Shown: in pieces, positions 1 through 9,938 of the stretch
Layout: every line of letters starts with the position of its first letter
How positions within the stretch are numbered: position 1 is the stretch's first letter
Source of the DNA: Candidatus Melainabacteria bacterium
GTDB taxonomy: Bacteria; Cyanobacteriota; Vampirovibrionia; Caenarcaniphilales; Caenarcanaceae
Direction of reading: 5' to 3'
Assembly: GCA_005110395.1 (NCBI GenBank)
Contig: DUDU01000119.1
Span: forward strand, 1 to 56,954
DNA: 56,954 bases
Position numbers and translations under genes: made by a program
Notes under the pieces: model-generated
What the model was told of the DNA's origin: nothing
Seen by the model: the letters and a program-made list of their open reading frames with translations, nothing else
Database searches by the model: none

Positions 1-71
1 TTTTTTTTCATTATGCCTAATAATGCTGACAATTCAATACTGAGGAACCTCATTTTTATTAACTAAACCTT

Positions 72-170
72 GTTCCGAACTTATTTCAGGAGTTTCTCAA
101 GATCGTTCTCAAAAACTTTGCTCTCTTTGAGAAATAGTGGATCATAAAATCCCGAAATAAGTTTGAGATC
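72..170. repeat. degenerate REP-like palindromic repeat pair
   Basis: GTTCCGAACTTATTTCAGG (72-90) and an inverted related copy ATCCCGAAATAAGTTTGAGAT (149-169); both resemble GTCATTCCGAACTTGTTTCGGAA at 56693-56715. Confidence 0.5.
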
Positions 171-267
171 AAAAATTAAATTTATAGAAGTTCCTCAAAC
201 AACATTTTTAGTCAATATTGAAGAATTTTCAAGCTTAATATTAAAAAACTTGAGCATAAAAACACAT

Positions 268-426
268 CTAGATTCTGCCCATAAAAAGCAATACAAGCAA
301 AATAATCAGAACTAAACCAATTCCACCACTGGGAAAATATCCCCAATTTCGGCTATGAGGCCAACTTGGCAAGACGCCGATAAGCATGAGAACAATAGTG
401 ACAATCAAAATTGTAGTTAAAGACAT
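268..426 (-). CDS. DUF3309 family small membrane protein (52 aa, absent from ORF track)
   Basis: Manual translation MSLTTILIVTIVLMLIGVLPSWPHSRNWGYFPSGGIGLVLIILLVLLFMGRI*; the LP.WPHSR.WGY.PSGG motif between two hydrophobic helices is typical of DUF3309; AAGGA RBS-like sequence upstream. Confidence 0.85.
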   Translation of the reverse strand: MSLTTILIVTIVLMLIGVLPSWPHSRNWGYFPSGGIGLVLIILLVLLFMGRI

Positions 427-503
427 AATTTTTCCTTTTTTGGTGGGATATATAAATTCAGTTATTTAAGAAAGAACTAATTGAAAAATCAATACATTCA
501 AAT

Positions 504-791
504 CTATTTAAATTTCGAAACGGCACTAGCTAGACCAGATCTAACTTCACCCCATAATTTATCTGCAGACTCTTTAACGCTTTCCCAAGCTTCACCGCTG
601 TGTTTTTGCAACTCAATCATTTTTTCGTTTGCGGCTCTTTGTTTGACTTCTAAAATAGCCAACTCCTCATGGTATTTATGCTTTATATCCACTGCTGCAC
701 TTTCAGCCTTAGCATTCAAAAGATCAATCTGAGCACCCCATAATTTAAGTTCTGAGGCAGCAGATTCGATATACTCATTTTTAGTTTTCAT
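504..791 (-). CDS. small coiled-coil stress-response-type protein (Sll1863-like)
   Basis: YIE...ELK.W.AQID.L.AKA...SGEAWE.VK...D.LW pattern; AAAGGT RBS-like sequence; co-oriented with the DUF3309 gene. Confidence 0.7.
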   Translation of the reverse strand: MKTKNEYIESAASELKLWGAQIDLLNAKAESAAVDIKHKYHEELAILEVKQRAANEKMIELQKHSGEAWESVKESADKLWGEVRSGLASAVSKFK

Positions 792-1376
792 GATTTACCT
801 TTTAATTTCATGCGTGTCTTCACGCTAGCTTTTGAATTCGTATTGCACAGTTTCCTCAACTCTTCGGATACAACTTCCATGCTATCACCCTTCAATTCAA
901 TTAGTTGCAAATTGTCAAAAGCAAAGGGCACCACTATAAATTCGAAAAAGGTGATTGAAAGGTTAAACACTGAGCAAATACAATTGATATTCGGCTCTGA
1001 ATGGTTTAGGATTGAGGATGTTGAAATAGAAAAATATACAAATTGTTTTTCATTCAGACTCAATTTGAAGAAAAAGTTAAAAAAATTGCAAAAGTTTTTT
1101 CAGATTAAGAAAATAATTAAACGGTAAAATTGCATTTATCGACGGTAATTACTGGATTTTTGCAACTAAGTTTGGGATTACTAATTCAGTAAAAACAGTT
1201 TCAGCCAAGACTTTATCAATGTTAAGAGTATAATGTTTTTAGATAATTTAAGAGACTTACACGTCCCAGTAAAAATCATCACTGCATGAGCCTACCCTCT
1301 TAACACTCAAGTTGTAATTACACTTCTCAACAGCTTTTACTGTTTCTTTAGTTTTTTTTAGAGCATAATGGTTAAA

Positions 1377-1678
1377 ATGAAATACATTATCCCGCTAATG
1401 ATTTCTATAGTATGGCTTCTTTTGGTGCCTTTGCTATGTCTGAATGCGGAGTACAAAACCCTTTTTGGTTTAGTTGCAAAAAAGATTCAGATTGCGTAGT
1501 GATATCAGATCCTTGCGGATGGCCTACGGCAACTTCAAATAATAAATTCAAAAATGATGCTAAGAATTACAATTATTGCCGAGGTGCAGTTTTGGATTGT
1601 GTTCAATATTTAGAAGTGCGTGATGGCAGATTTGTTGCGAAATGTATCAAGGGGCGTTGTTCGGCAATTAAGAACTAA
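1377..1678 (+). pseudogene. Cys-rich secreted-type protein, apparently frameshifted in its signal peptide
   Basis: ORF 1412-1678 has 8 Cys (C..DSDCVV..DPCG...C.G.C); an upstream ATG at 1377 gives MKYIIPLMISI in another frame that would join MASFGAFA into a signal peptide. Confidence 0.4.
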
Positions 1679-1925
1679 GGCTTCCACCTAATGCTGAAGA
1701 GATTAACGGATACTTTTGCTTTTGACCTCAAGTGATTAATTCTCAATAGTTTCGAGCATGAGAAAGCACATCCTTGATCTAACTTAATATTAGATAGGCA
1801 AAAAGTGACATGCTCTGAAATTTCATGTTGAGTACAATATGATCCTATCCTTACTCAAAGAGGGAAACTAAAGCTGTATTTATCCAGATAGAATCTTACT
1901 TGCCTTTAATGAGATAAGCTCAGAA

Positions 1926-2633
1926 TTAAATCAAATCTTCGATTTCATGATGAGACAGTGAACAAAAAATTTGAGCTAAAAATGGATCGAAATGAGTACC
2001 GGCACAACGTTTAATTTCTTCAATTGATTCTTCATGAGTACGTTGATAAGGAGGATATGGTCTAAAGCTTGTCATAGCATCATAGGCATCAACCAAACAA
2101 ACAACCCTTCCTGTTACTGGTATATCTAAGCCTCTCAGTTTATGAGGATATCCGTTTCCATCCCATCTTTCATGGTGATATTTTACTGGATCAACAAATG
2201 CCTCAAGTGATGGGTAATCTTCTAAAACTTTGCAACCAAAAAGTACATGCCCTTTAATTAATTCATATTCTTCTGCTGTAAGTCTTCCTGGCTTGTTTAG
2301 GATTTTCTCTGGTATATAAACTTTGCCTACATCATGAATCCATCCGCCATACAAACATTCTAGTCTTTCTTTCCAGTCCAATTTAGCTTTCTTAGCCAAT
2401 AAGGCAGCTAATCTTCCTACTCTTCCAAGATGTAAACCTGTTGGTAAGTTATGTTTTGAAGTAGAGGACATTAAACCATGAACTTGTTCAAGAGATATTA
2501 ATATTTGAGGTAAAAAAGCATCTTTTGATGGAATTGCATCAATGATTTCATCAAGCAATTTTTGACTGCCAAGATGAACCCATGCTGACGGTAATTTACT
2601 TGTTTCAGTTATGTCGATTAATACGTTTGACAT
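1926..2633 (-). CDS. stand-alone HD-GYP domain phosphodiesterase (cyclic dinucleotide)
   Basis: HDVGK, HHERWDGNGYP, DAYDAMTSFRPY and GTHFDP motifs. Confidence 0.9.
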   Translation of the reverse strand: MSNVLIDITETSKLPSAWVHLGSQKLLDEIIDAIPSKDAFLPQILISLEQVHGLMSSTSKHNLPTGLHLGRVGRLAALLAKKAKLDWKERLECLYGGWIHDVGKVYIPEKILNKPGRLTAEEYELIKGHVLFGCKVLEDYPSLEAFVDPVKYHHERWDGNGYPHKLRGLDIPVTGRVVCLVDAYDAMTSFRPYPPYQRTHEESIEEIKRCAGTHFDPFLAQIFCSLSHHEIEDLI

Positions 2634-2888
2634 AAATTTTTAATATATTTTGACTTGATTATTTAGGCTAAATCGAATGGTCTGGAAATAAGCATGTTTT
2701 CATTCTCATCACCAGAATATAAATCCACAAAAGCCCGTTTAAAGCTTTACTTACTAATTACCCAGAGCAGAACTTAGTAATTCGATAGAAACCCTTTAAA
2801 TAGTCAATTTCTGGGGCAAGCCAGAAGAAATGAAGTTGTAACTCTGTAGCATTTCCGCCTCATATTTTTCAGAAAGCATGTGATTAAT

Positions 2889-4076
2889 TCAGCTATTACT
2901 TTCAGAAGTTGCATGAATAGTTTTTGAAATACTTTCATTCAATTCTCTTGAAATCCATCCGCCCGCAATAATATATTGATTATTCAAATCATAAATTACA
3001 GCAGCTTGGCCTGGTGTAACCCCTAAAACAGGTTCATCAAAATCTATTTGAATTTGATTAGCTTCTATTGGGGTTACCGTGCAGATGGATGGCTCTGAAT
3101 TGTAACGGATTTTCACAAGCGCTCTGAAAGGCTCACTAAGAACAATTTGCCAATTAACACCATCAGCTATTAGATAATTATTTTGCAAATCGCTCTTTTC
3201 ACCGACATAAACAACATTATTAAAAGAATCTATTTTCACAACGTAAATTGCGTCCTGAGAAGATATACCTATACCTTTTCTTTGACCGATTGTATAGAAA
3301 TGAGTTCCCGAGTGTTTACCTAAAACTTTTCCTGTTCTAATGTTTTTTATTTCTCCAGGCTTTTCACCTAAATGTTCTTTCAGAAAATCTTTAGTTTTAT
3401 TTGGCACGAAGCAAATATCTTGACTTTCTTCTTTGTCCCAATTTACCAAGTTGAATTCTTTTGCCAATTCCCGGATTTCGTCTTTGTCAAAATTAGCAAG
3501 CGGAAAAAGGGTTCTAGAAAGCTGCTCTTGGCTTAAGCCCCACAACATATAAGATTGATCTTTGTGTAAATCTTTACTCTTACCAATTGAATATTGATAG
3601 GAATTATCAGTATTTTCAAATCCGAGAAGTCTGGCATAATGGCCACTAGCAAGATGAGAAGCTCCAATCGATTTAGAATATTCAAGCAATGATCCCCATT
3701 TGACTTCGGTATTACAGGGCATACAAGGAACTGGAGTTCTTCCAATTGAATAAGACTCTATAAAAGGACTAATAATAGTTGACTGAAATAATTTTTTGAG
3801 ATCTTGCACTTCATGGCTAATTCCTATAATTTCGCAAATTCTTCCTGCATCAAGCATACCTCCATCACAGCATTTACCTTTACCTTCCATTAACCAGCCA
3901 GTAATTCCAAAAACTTCATAATCCATTTGACTTAACAAAGCAGCAGCTACACTACTATCAACACCACCGCTCATAGCAATTGCAATCTTTGAGCCTTTTG
4001 GAGGCAATACGTTATTAATAGATACTTTTTCTAAGGCTTCTTTTATAAGAGCTGAAGCGGTTTTTAAAATTGGCAT
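2889..4076 (-). CDS. mnmA: tRNA-specific 2-thiouridylase MnmA
   Basis: AMSGGVDSS, PC..CN, SGHYAR, KDQSY, ESQDICF, TIGQRKG, TPGQAAV motifs. Confidence 0.95.
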   Translation of the reverse strand: MPILKTASALIKEALEKVSINNVLPPKGSKIAIAMSGGVDSSVAAALLSQMDYEVFGITGWLMEGKGKCCDGGMLDAGRICEIIGISHEVQDLKKLFQSTIISPFIESYSIGRTPVPCMPCNTEVKWGSLLEYSKSIGASHLASGHYARLLGFENTDNSYQYSIGKSKDLHKDQSYMLWGLSQEQLSRTLFPLANFDKDEIRELAKEFNLVNWDKEESQDICFVPNKTKDFLKEHLGEKPGEIKNIRTGKVLGKHSGTHFYTIGQRKGIGISSQDAIYVVKIDSFNNVVYVGEKSDLQNNYLIADGVNWQIVLSEPFRALVKIRYNSEPSICTVTPIEANQIQIDFDEPVLGVTPGQAAVIYDLNNQYIIAGGWISRELNESISKTIHATSESNS

Positions 4077-4353
4077 TTTACTTTGACAAATTCAGAAATA
4101 GGTTTAGAAAGTTCAAGAAATATATTTGTTTTAATAATAACTTGTTGTATTAATGGGACATTTTCTTTATTTAAGAATTAGAAAAATCAAAAAATAAACT
4201 TTATGTAATCTACATAAATTCCTCTGCAGTTTAGGGATTTTCATTAGTCCCCTTGATTTTGAGTCCTCAATTCACTAGAATCTACCGAAACTTATTGAAA
4301 CTATTTTTATTAAATCTAATAACACTTAAATCCGAATAATTAAGGAAATATAA

Positions 4354-5523
4354 ATGATAAGCACCGATAAAACACCAAGCAGAAGTAATAATTTACGTAG
4401 ATCTTATGGGTTTGATGAAATCTCATTAACTCCAGGTTTGCAAACAGTTGATCCGAGTTTATGTGATGTCTCATTTCAGCTGGGCCCTCACAAATTAAGC
4501 ACTCCTATACTAGCAAGCGCTATGGACAGCGTAGTCTCACCTCAAGCCGCAGCTAAAATGGGAAAAGAAGGTGTATTGGGTGTTCTCAATCTTCAAGGAC
4601 TTTGGACTCGCTATGAAGATGCTGAAAATAAATTGCAAGAAATCATTTCTGCGCCTGATTCAGACTTTGTGACTTTGATGCAAAAGCTATATTCACAGCC
4701 TGTTCGTGATGATTTAATTCAAAGGCGAATTGCAGAAATCAAAAACTCTGGTGTTTTGGTGGGAGTGTCTAGCGTTCCCCAGGATGCAGAAAGATTAGAA
4801 TCACTTATAAGCGAAGCTGGTGCAGATTATTTATTTGTTCAATCCACAGTAACTTCAACCAAGCATATTAGCCAACAACCAAGTTTAGACTTAGAAAAAC
4901 TCTGCAAAAAAAGTAAATTATCGATCCTAGTTGGAAATTGCGTTTCGTATGAAGTAGCTCTTCAGCTAATGGAAACTGGCGTTGATGGAGTTTTGGTAGG
5001 CATTGGACCAGGCGCAGCTTGTACTAGTCGAGGTGTACTTGGAGTTGGTGTTCCAATGGCTACAGCAATTATGGATTGTTCTGAAGCAAGAGATTATTTC
5101 GAATCAAAAACAGGAAAAAAAGTAGCAATTATTGCTGATGGTGGAATTGTTGTTTCTGGTGATATCTGTAAGTCATTAGCTTCAGGAGCCGATGCAGTCA
5201 TGATTGGTTCTCCTTTTGCCCGTGCTAATGAAGCTCCAGGTAAAGGTTTTCACTGGGGAATGGCAACTCCAAGCCCAGTACTTCCAAGAGGCACTCGTAT
5301 AAAAGTGGGCTCTGTTGGAACCTATAAAGAAATCATCAATGGTCCAGCAAGGCTAGATAATGGTTTTCACAATATGATTGGCGCCATTAAAACATCTATG
5401 GGAACGCTTGGAGCACAAAATATCAGAGAGATGCAGCAAGTCGAAGTGCTGATTGCGCCTAGTATTTTGACTGAAGGCAAAGTTTATCAGCAAGCACAAA
5501 AACTTGGAATGGGTTCTAGATAG
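4354..5523 (+). CDS. guaB3: GuaB3-family IMP dehydrogenase-related protein
   Basis: YGFDEI, ASAMD, GIGPGAACTSRGVLG, IADGG, WGMATPSPVLPRGTRI motifs; lacks CBS domains, as in cyanobacterial GuaB3. Confidence 0.9.
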   Translation: MISTDKTPSRSNNLRRSYGFDEISLTPGLQTVDPSLCDVSFQLGPHKLSTPILASAMDSVVSPQAAAKMGKEGVLGVLNLQGLWTRYEDAENKLQEIISAPDSDFVTLMQKLYSQPVRDDLIQRRIAEIKNSGVLVGVSSVPQDAERLESLISEAGADYLFVQSTVTSTKHISQQPSLDLEKLCKKSKLSILVGNCVSYEVALQLMETGVDGVLVGIGPGAACTSRGVLGVGVPMATAIMDCSEARDYFESKTGKKVAIIADGGIVVSGDICKSLASGADAVMIGSPFARANEAPGKGFHWGMATPSPVLPRGTRIKVGSVGTYKEIINGPARLDNGFHNMIGAIKTSMGTLGAQNIREMQQVEVLIAPSILTEGKVYQQAQKLGMGSR

Positions 5524-5627
5524 AAGCTGTTTATGAAAATCTTAATTGAGAATTTTTTCACTACGACTAAATAAAATAACATTACAATCACTTTTATGAA
5601 AGATTTTCATAAGTTATCTTCGTATTC

Positions 5628-6812
5628 ATGAAGCAAGAATCTCCAACAAGCAAGCCGCAAGCTAAGACTATTAAACCAATATTCATTATTGCTCCCATTG
5701 CAATAGCCTTAATTGGCTTTCTGATATTTAGATCAGCATATAAACAATATCAAGATGGTTTAACAGTTTCAGGAACAGTTCAAGCCTCTGAAGTGCAATT
5801 TGGCTCAAGACAAAGTGGAAGAGTTTCTGAGGTCTTAGCCAAAGAAGGTCAAGTCCTAAAAAAAGGCGATGTAATTGTTTTACTTGAAGCAAAAGAATTA
5901 GAAAATCAAAAAGATTCACTCAAAGCTAAAGTTAATGCGCAGAATAATTACTTAGCGGAACTCAAAAAAGGAAATCGAGTAGACCAAATTCAAGCATCAA
6001 AATCTAATTATCAATCAAGCAAAGCGCAATATGAGCTTGTCAAAGCTGGAAACCGTAAAGAGGAAATCAATTCAGCTCGTTCAGCCAAAGAGTCATCCGA
6101 AAGTGAGCTTAAAACAGCCAAAAATTATTATGAGCGCAGACAAACTTTATTTGAAAAGGAATTAATTTCAAGAGAGCAATTAGATGATGCTCAGAATAAA
6201 TTCAAAACGGCTGAAAAGCGGCTAGAAGAAGCTAATGAAAATTACAAAAAGATTTCAGCTGGCTATAGAAAAGAAGAAATTGATAAAGCTTATCAACAAA
6301 TGAAATCACAAGAATCGGTTTATCTTGATTTAGGCAAAGGTACACGCCCAGAAAAAATTGAAGCGGAAAACAATCAATTAAAAGTATATGAAGCACAGTT
6401 AGCAGAGCTCGAAACCAAATTGGCAGAATTACAAGTTACTTCTCCTTGTAATTGCGAACTGAGTGATTTTGAAATTGAACCAGGTACTTTAGTTTTGCAG
6501 AATCAGGTTTTAGGTACTTTAATTGATTTGGATGATATTTGGGTTAATGCCTATCTACCAGAAGAAGTATATGGAAAAGTCAAAAATGGTGACAAAGTAG
6601 AAGTATTATCTATGACTTATCCAAGCGAAAAGCTAAGTGGAACTGTTCGGCATATTAGCCTAAAAGCTGAGTTCACACCACGTAATATTCAGACCATTGA
6701 AGGACGAAAGCAACAAGTATTTAAAGTAAAAATTGCCTTAGACAATACAGAAAGACTTTATAGGCCCGGAATGGATTTAGATATGAAATTCAAATTTGCA
6801 AAGAGCAATTGA
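5628..6812 (+). CDS. HlyD/YbhG-like periplasmic adaptor (membrane fusion protein)
   Basis: N-terminal TM helix, lipoyl half-motif (SGRV..V..KEG...KKGD), long coiled coil, AEFTPRNIQT.E.R and RPGM motifs. Confidence 0.9.
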   Translation: MKQESPTSKPQAKTIKPIFIIAPIAIALIGFLIFRSAYKQYQDGLTVSGTVQASEVQFGSRQSGRVSEVLAKEGQVLKKGDVIVLLEAKELENQKDSLKAKVNAQNNYLAELKKGNRVDQIQASKSNYQSSKAQYELVKAGNRKEEINSARSAKESSESELKTAKNYYERRQTLFEKELISREQLDDAQNKFKTAEKRLEEANENYKKISAGYRKEEIDKAYQQMKSQESVYLDLGKGTRPEKIEAENNQLKVYEAQLAELETKLAELQVTSPCNCELSDFEIEPGTLVLQNQVLGTLIDLDDIWVNAYLPEEVYGKVKNGDKVEVLSMTYPSEKLSGTVRHISLKAEFTPRNIQTIEGRKQQVFKVKIALDNTERLYRPGMDLDMKFKFAKSN

Positions 6813-6831
6813 ATATTTGATAAACTATTAT

Positions 6832-7905
6832 TCATTTTAGAAGTTTTGAATACAAATCAATATGTCCTTGAATTAATTGATTCAGAGAGAAGATTTCAAA
6901 AGATTGATTGGACAGATTTTTGGACTTATTGAGTGAATTTGCAAAGTCTAAAACAGCTTGAGTATATGCGTGTTTATTGCCAGCCTCAATTAGTTTTGCA
7001 AATTCATAATTTTCCAACACCTCAGCTACTCCACCTGCTTTATAAGCCACAATGAGTTTACCAATGAGAGCTGCTTCCAACGCTGCCATGCCAAATCCAT
7101 CATATTTAAAAACATAAAGAAAAATATCTACTTGTTGCAAAATACTCAAATACTCATTTCTGCTTTTTTGAGGAAGCAAATATACCTGCCGATCTAATCC
7201 CTTTGTGAGTATTAATTCTTTTATTCGTATAACCTGAGACTCCTCTTCACTTGGGCCAATAAAATACAATTTTGCTTCTGGAAGTTTAGTAATAATTTCT
7301 TCAAATATTTCAATCAATTCATCTTGACCTTTGTAATAAGCTCCGCTCATCAGGAATTTAGGATTACCAGCTAGTTTAATACCTGAATCTAGAATTTCAT
7401 TATTTTCAATGCTTACACTAGGGTATACAACTTGGAGTTTTTGTTCAGTTAACTCAGAAATAGCTGAATCACTGTATATATCTTGAAAAACAGATTTGGT
7501 ATACAAAGAATTACAAATAATCAAATCAAAAAACTTCAGAGCAAATCTTTTTTTTGTTGGTTTTACATGTTGTGAAAAGACTAATTTAATTTGCGGATGA
7601 AATATTTTAGTAATTAAACTAGCTATTAAACCAAGCCACAAATCATGCTCACGATGAATATGAATAATTTGATACTGAGAAAAAATTTGCAGTATTTTAA
7701 ATAAATCTAGAATTCGATTAACTGTATAACTTTTGTATTTGGGATTATTACTAAACTCTTTTGGAAAGCGATCGGATGATATTGATTTAGGCGGAATAAG
7801 TTGCCCAATTTCAAAACCATTATTCAATAAACCATCTATGAGTTTGAGTAAGTATTCTTGTCCACCACCCCAACGCTTATCGAAATTAATAAAAAGTATT
7901 TTCAT
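6832..7905 (-). CDS. glycosyltransferase family 4
   Basis: WGGGQEY N-terminal motif; D-X7-E-type motif DGFGMAALEA; GGVAEV. Confidence 0.85.
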   Translation of the reverse strand: MKILFINFDKRWGGGQEYLLKLIDGLLNNGFEIGQLIPPKSISSDRFPKEFSNNPKYKSYTVNRILDLFKILQIFSQYQIIHIHREHDLWLGLIASLITKIFHPQIKLVFSQHVKPTKKRFALKFFDLIICNSLYTKSVFQDIYSDSAISELTEQKLQVVYPSVSIENNEILDSGIKLAGNPKFLMSGAYYKGQDELIEIFEEIITKLPEAKLYFIGPSEEESQVIRIKELILTKGLDRQVYLLPQKSRNEYLSILQQVDIFLYVFKYDGFGMAALEAALIGKLIVAYKAGGVAEVLENYEFAKLIEAGNKHAYTQAVLDFANSLNKSKNLSNQSFEIFSLNQLIQGHIDLYSKLLK

Positions 7906-7945
7906 AGCTTACTTATTGACAGACTCTTGAGGATTCTTAATCCAG

Positions 7946-9676
7946 TTATTTATTTGATAGTAATTTCGCTATTTGTTCTTTAAACCAATCGGTTCTAGAA
8001 AGTCTGTTCAAGGATATATTTTCTTGATATTTTTCCAAACAATCCTTTTTGAAATATTTCTTCATATTAAAGAAGCTATAAAAATCTTCAAACTGATCTG
8101 AATCAAGTTTTTCTCCAATGAATTTAGCGTAATTGTGATCCCTAATATTTTCATCTCTAATCAATAAATCACTCTTTCTATCATCTTTTAAATGTTGAAT
8201 TTTGATTTCTTCTTTTTGATTGTTTTTCTGTTGATTAATTTCTAATTTATACTCATTACTATTAAAACCTTCCAAATTTAGCTCTAAAAGGTTTTCTGGA
8301 TGATACAAGTAATTTTCAATACAATAAAATTTCAGAATAAATAAATTCTTGTATTTAGTTTGAGCCTTTGTGATTTCATTATCCGTTAAATAATCTCTGT
8401 CTCTAAGACCAAAGTATTTTGGATTGTTTTTCACTTCAATAAGCACTGCGTTTTTATCATGAACTCCTACAAACAACTTTTCACTTAATAGCATCGAGTT
8501 GAAAGTTGCATCATCTTGATTTTCACAAACAATAATTTGTTTTCCCCTAAATAAATCTTGAATCAAACCCTTTGGAACGGCAATTTCGTAACAATCTAAA
8601 GTTTTCTTTTCTGGTACCAACTCTTTCTTTTCATCAAAATTCAAATTATCAAAGTCAATAATTGCAGCATTGTCTGATTGCCTAGCATAATCAATAAAGC
8701 CAAGTGAGTGACTAGCAACCCAAACTTGACTATTTTCAGGAATCCAATGCTCCACAATTTCTTTCAATAAATCAAACTGCAGAGATGTATTTAAATGCAA
8801 ATCTATTTCGTCAAAAAAGTAGACTGAATCTTGAAAGAAATTTCTTCGTGCATAAAGATTAAGCAACAGATCAAATACCATCTTTTCACCAGCACTTAAA
8901 TAGTCATAGTGAATTCTTGAAGAGCCTTTTCTAAACCAGAATCTCACAGGTTCGCCATCTAAAGGAGAATCAAAATCTTCATATTTTAAAGAAGTCTCAG
9001 TATCTCCAAAAATATTGCTAAAGGCATTATTGAAAGCTGTATTAAATTTCTCCTGAGCATTATTCTTTTCCTTAATTTCTTTAAAGAAATCTCTGAAAAT
9101 CTGATCTATATCCGCATCCATCCGTGAAGTATCAAGATCAATATATGTTTTTGGTCTATCAACATCCTGAGAAATTTCTTTTTGACTTGTTCCAATTGAG
9201 GTTTTTGTTATTCGAGGAGTATATCTAAAAGAACTTCTCCCGTAGAATCTATAATCATTTGGAGACAACATAAAGTCTTCAGGATTTTTACTTGTGTTAT
9301 TTTTGAATGCAGTAAAAGCAGTGCCTCCTAGAGTTTTACTATCTGCTTTAATAGAAAGACCATTTGAAAAATCCACTTCTATACGTTCTCCGAAAAAATG
9401 AGTCTCCTCTGATGGATCTTTACGGTAATATTTTTTTTGCTCTTCACCGTATGAATTAGGATATGCATTTATTTTCCCTTGACATTTATTCAAAAACTCA
9501 AACGCGTCAAATACACATGACTTACCGCATCCATTTGCGCCAATCAAAAGAACCAATTTAGGAGCTTGTTGATTATTATCCAAACTCCCACTTTCAAGGG
9601 GGCTGGAGGGTAATAGATCAATAGTCAAATCTGTAAAACGTTTAAAATTTTTGAGTTGTAGTTTTTTAATAAACAT
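7946..9676 (-). CDS. ABC-type (AAA_21/OLD-like) ATPase fused to a C-terminal TOPRIM-like domain; putative nuclease/defence protein
   Basis: NFKRF start, Walker A GANGCGKS, signature LSAGEK, Walker B/D-loop FFDEIDLHL, H-loop ASHS; C-terminal IVCE, RDRD and IENYL motifs. Confidence 0.75.
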   Translation of the reverse strand: MFIKKLQLKNFKRFTDLTIDLLPSSPLESGSLDNNQQAPKLVLLIGANGCGKSCVFDAFEFLNKCQGKINAYPNSYGEEQKKYYRKDPSEETHFFGERIEVDFSNGLSIKADSKTLGGTAFTAFKNNTSKNPEDFMLSPNDYRFYGRSSFRYTPRITKTSIGTSQKEISQDVDRPKTYIDLDTSRMDADIDQIFRDFFKEIKEKNNAQEKFNTAFNNAFSNIFGDTETSLKYEDFDSPLDGEPVRFWFRKGSSRIHYDYLSAGEKMVFDLLLNLYARRNFFQDSVYFFDEIDLHLNTSLQFDLLKEIVEHWIPENSQVWVASHSLGFIDYARQSDNAAIIDFDNLNFDEKKELVPEKKTLDCYEIAVPKGLIQDLFRGKQIIVCENQDDATFNSMLLSEKLFVGVHDKNAVLIEVKNNPKYFGLRDRDYLTDNEITKAQTKYKNLFILKFYCIENYLYHPENLLELNLEGFNSNEYKLEINQQKNNQKEEIKIQHLKDDRKSDLLIRDENIRDHNYAKFIGEKLDSDQFEDFYSFFNMKKYFKKDCLEKYQENISLNRLSRTDWFKEQIAKLLSNK

Positions 9677-9938
9677 TTTGCTTTGCAGATAATTTCTTAA
9701 AATCTATAAACAGTGTCTTGCCAATTGAAGCTATGCGGATTTTATCATTTCACCTAAATTCTCAGTTTGAAATCCCAACTCAGAAATCATAAGCCTTCAA
9801 TTCAAGTCCTGAAATTCCAAGTTAATCATTCTCAAATAAGTTTCAACTTCAAAGACGTATAATCTCTCGAATATTTCTTTTTTCAATTGGACAGATTCAC
9901 TACTCATAACAATTATTCATATTAGACACTCAGGACTC

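Noticed and set aside
481-1127. ORFs 481-732, 788-1063 and 810-1127
   Set aside because: Antisense or mutually overlapping low-complexity ORFs with no recognisable motifs
2634-2888. c-di-GMP riboswitch upstream of the HD-GYP gene
   Set aside because: No GGCAAAC..GAAA..GGACGCAAAGC pattern found on the minus strand
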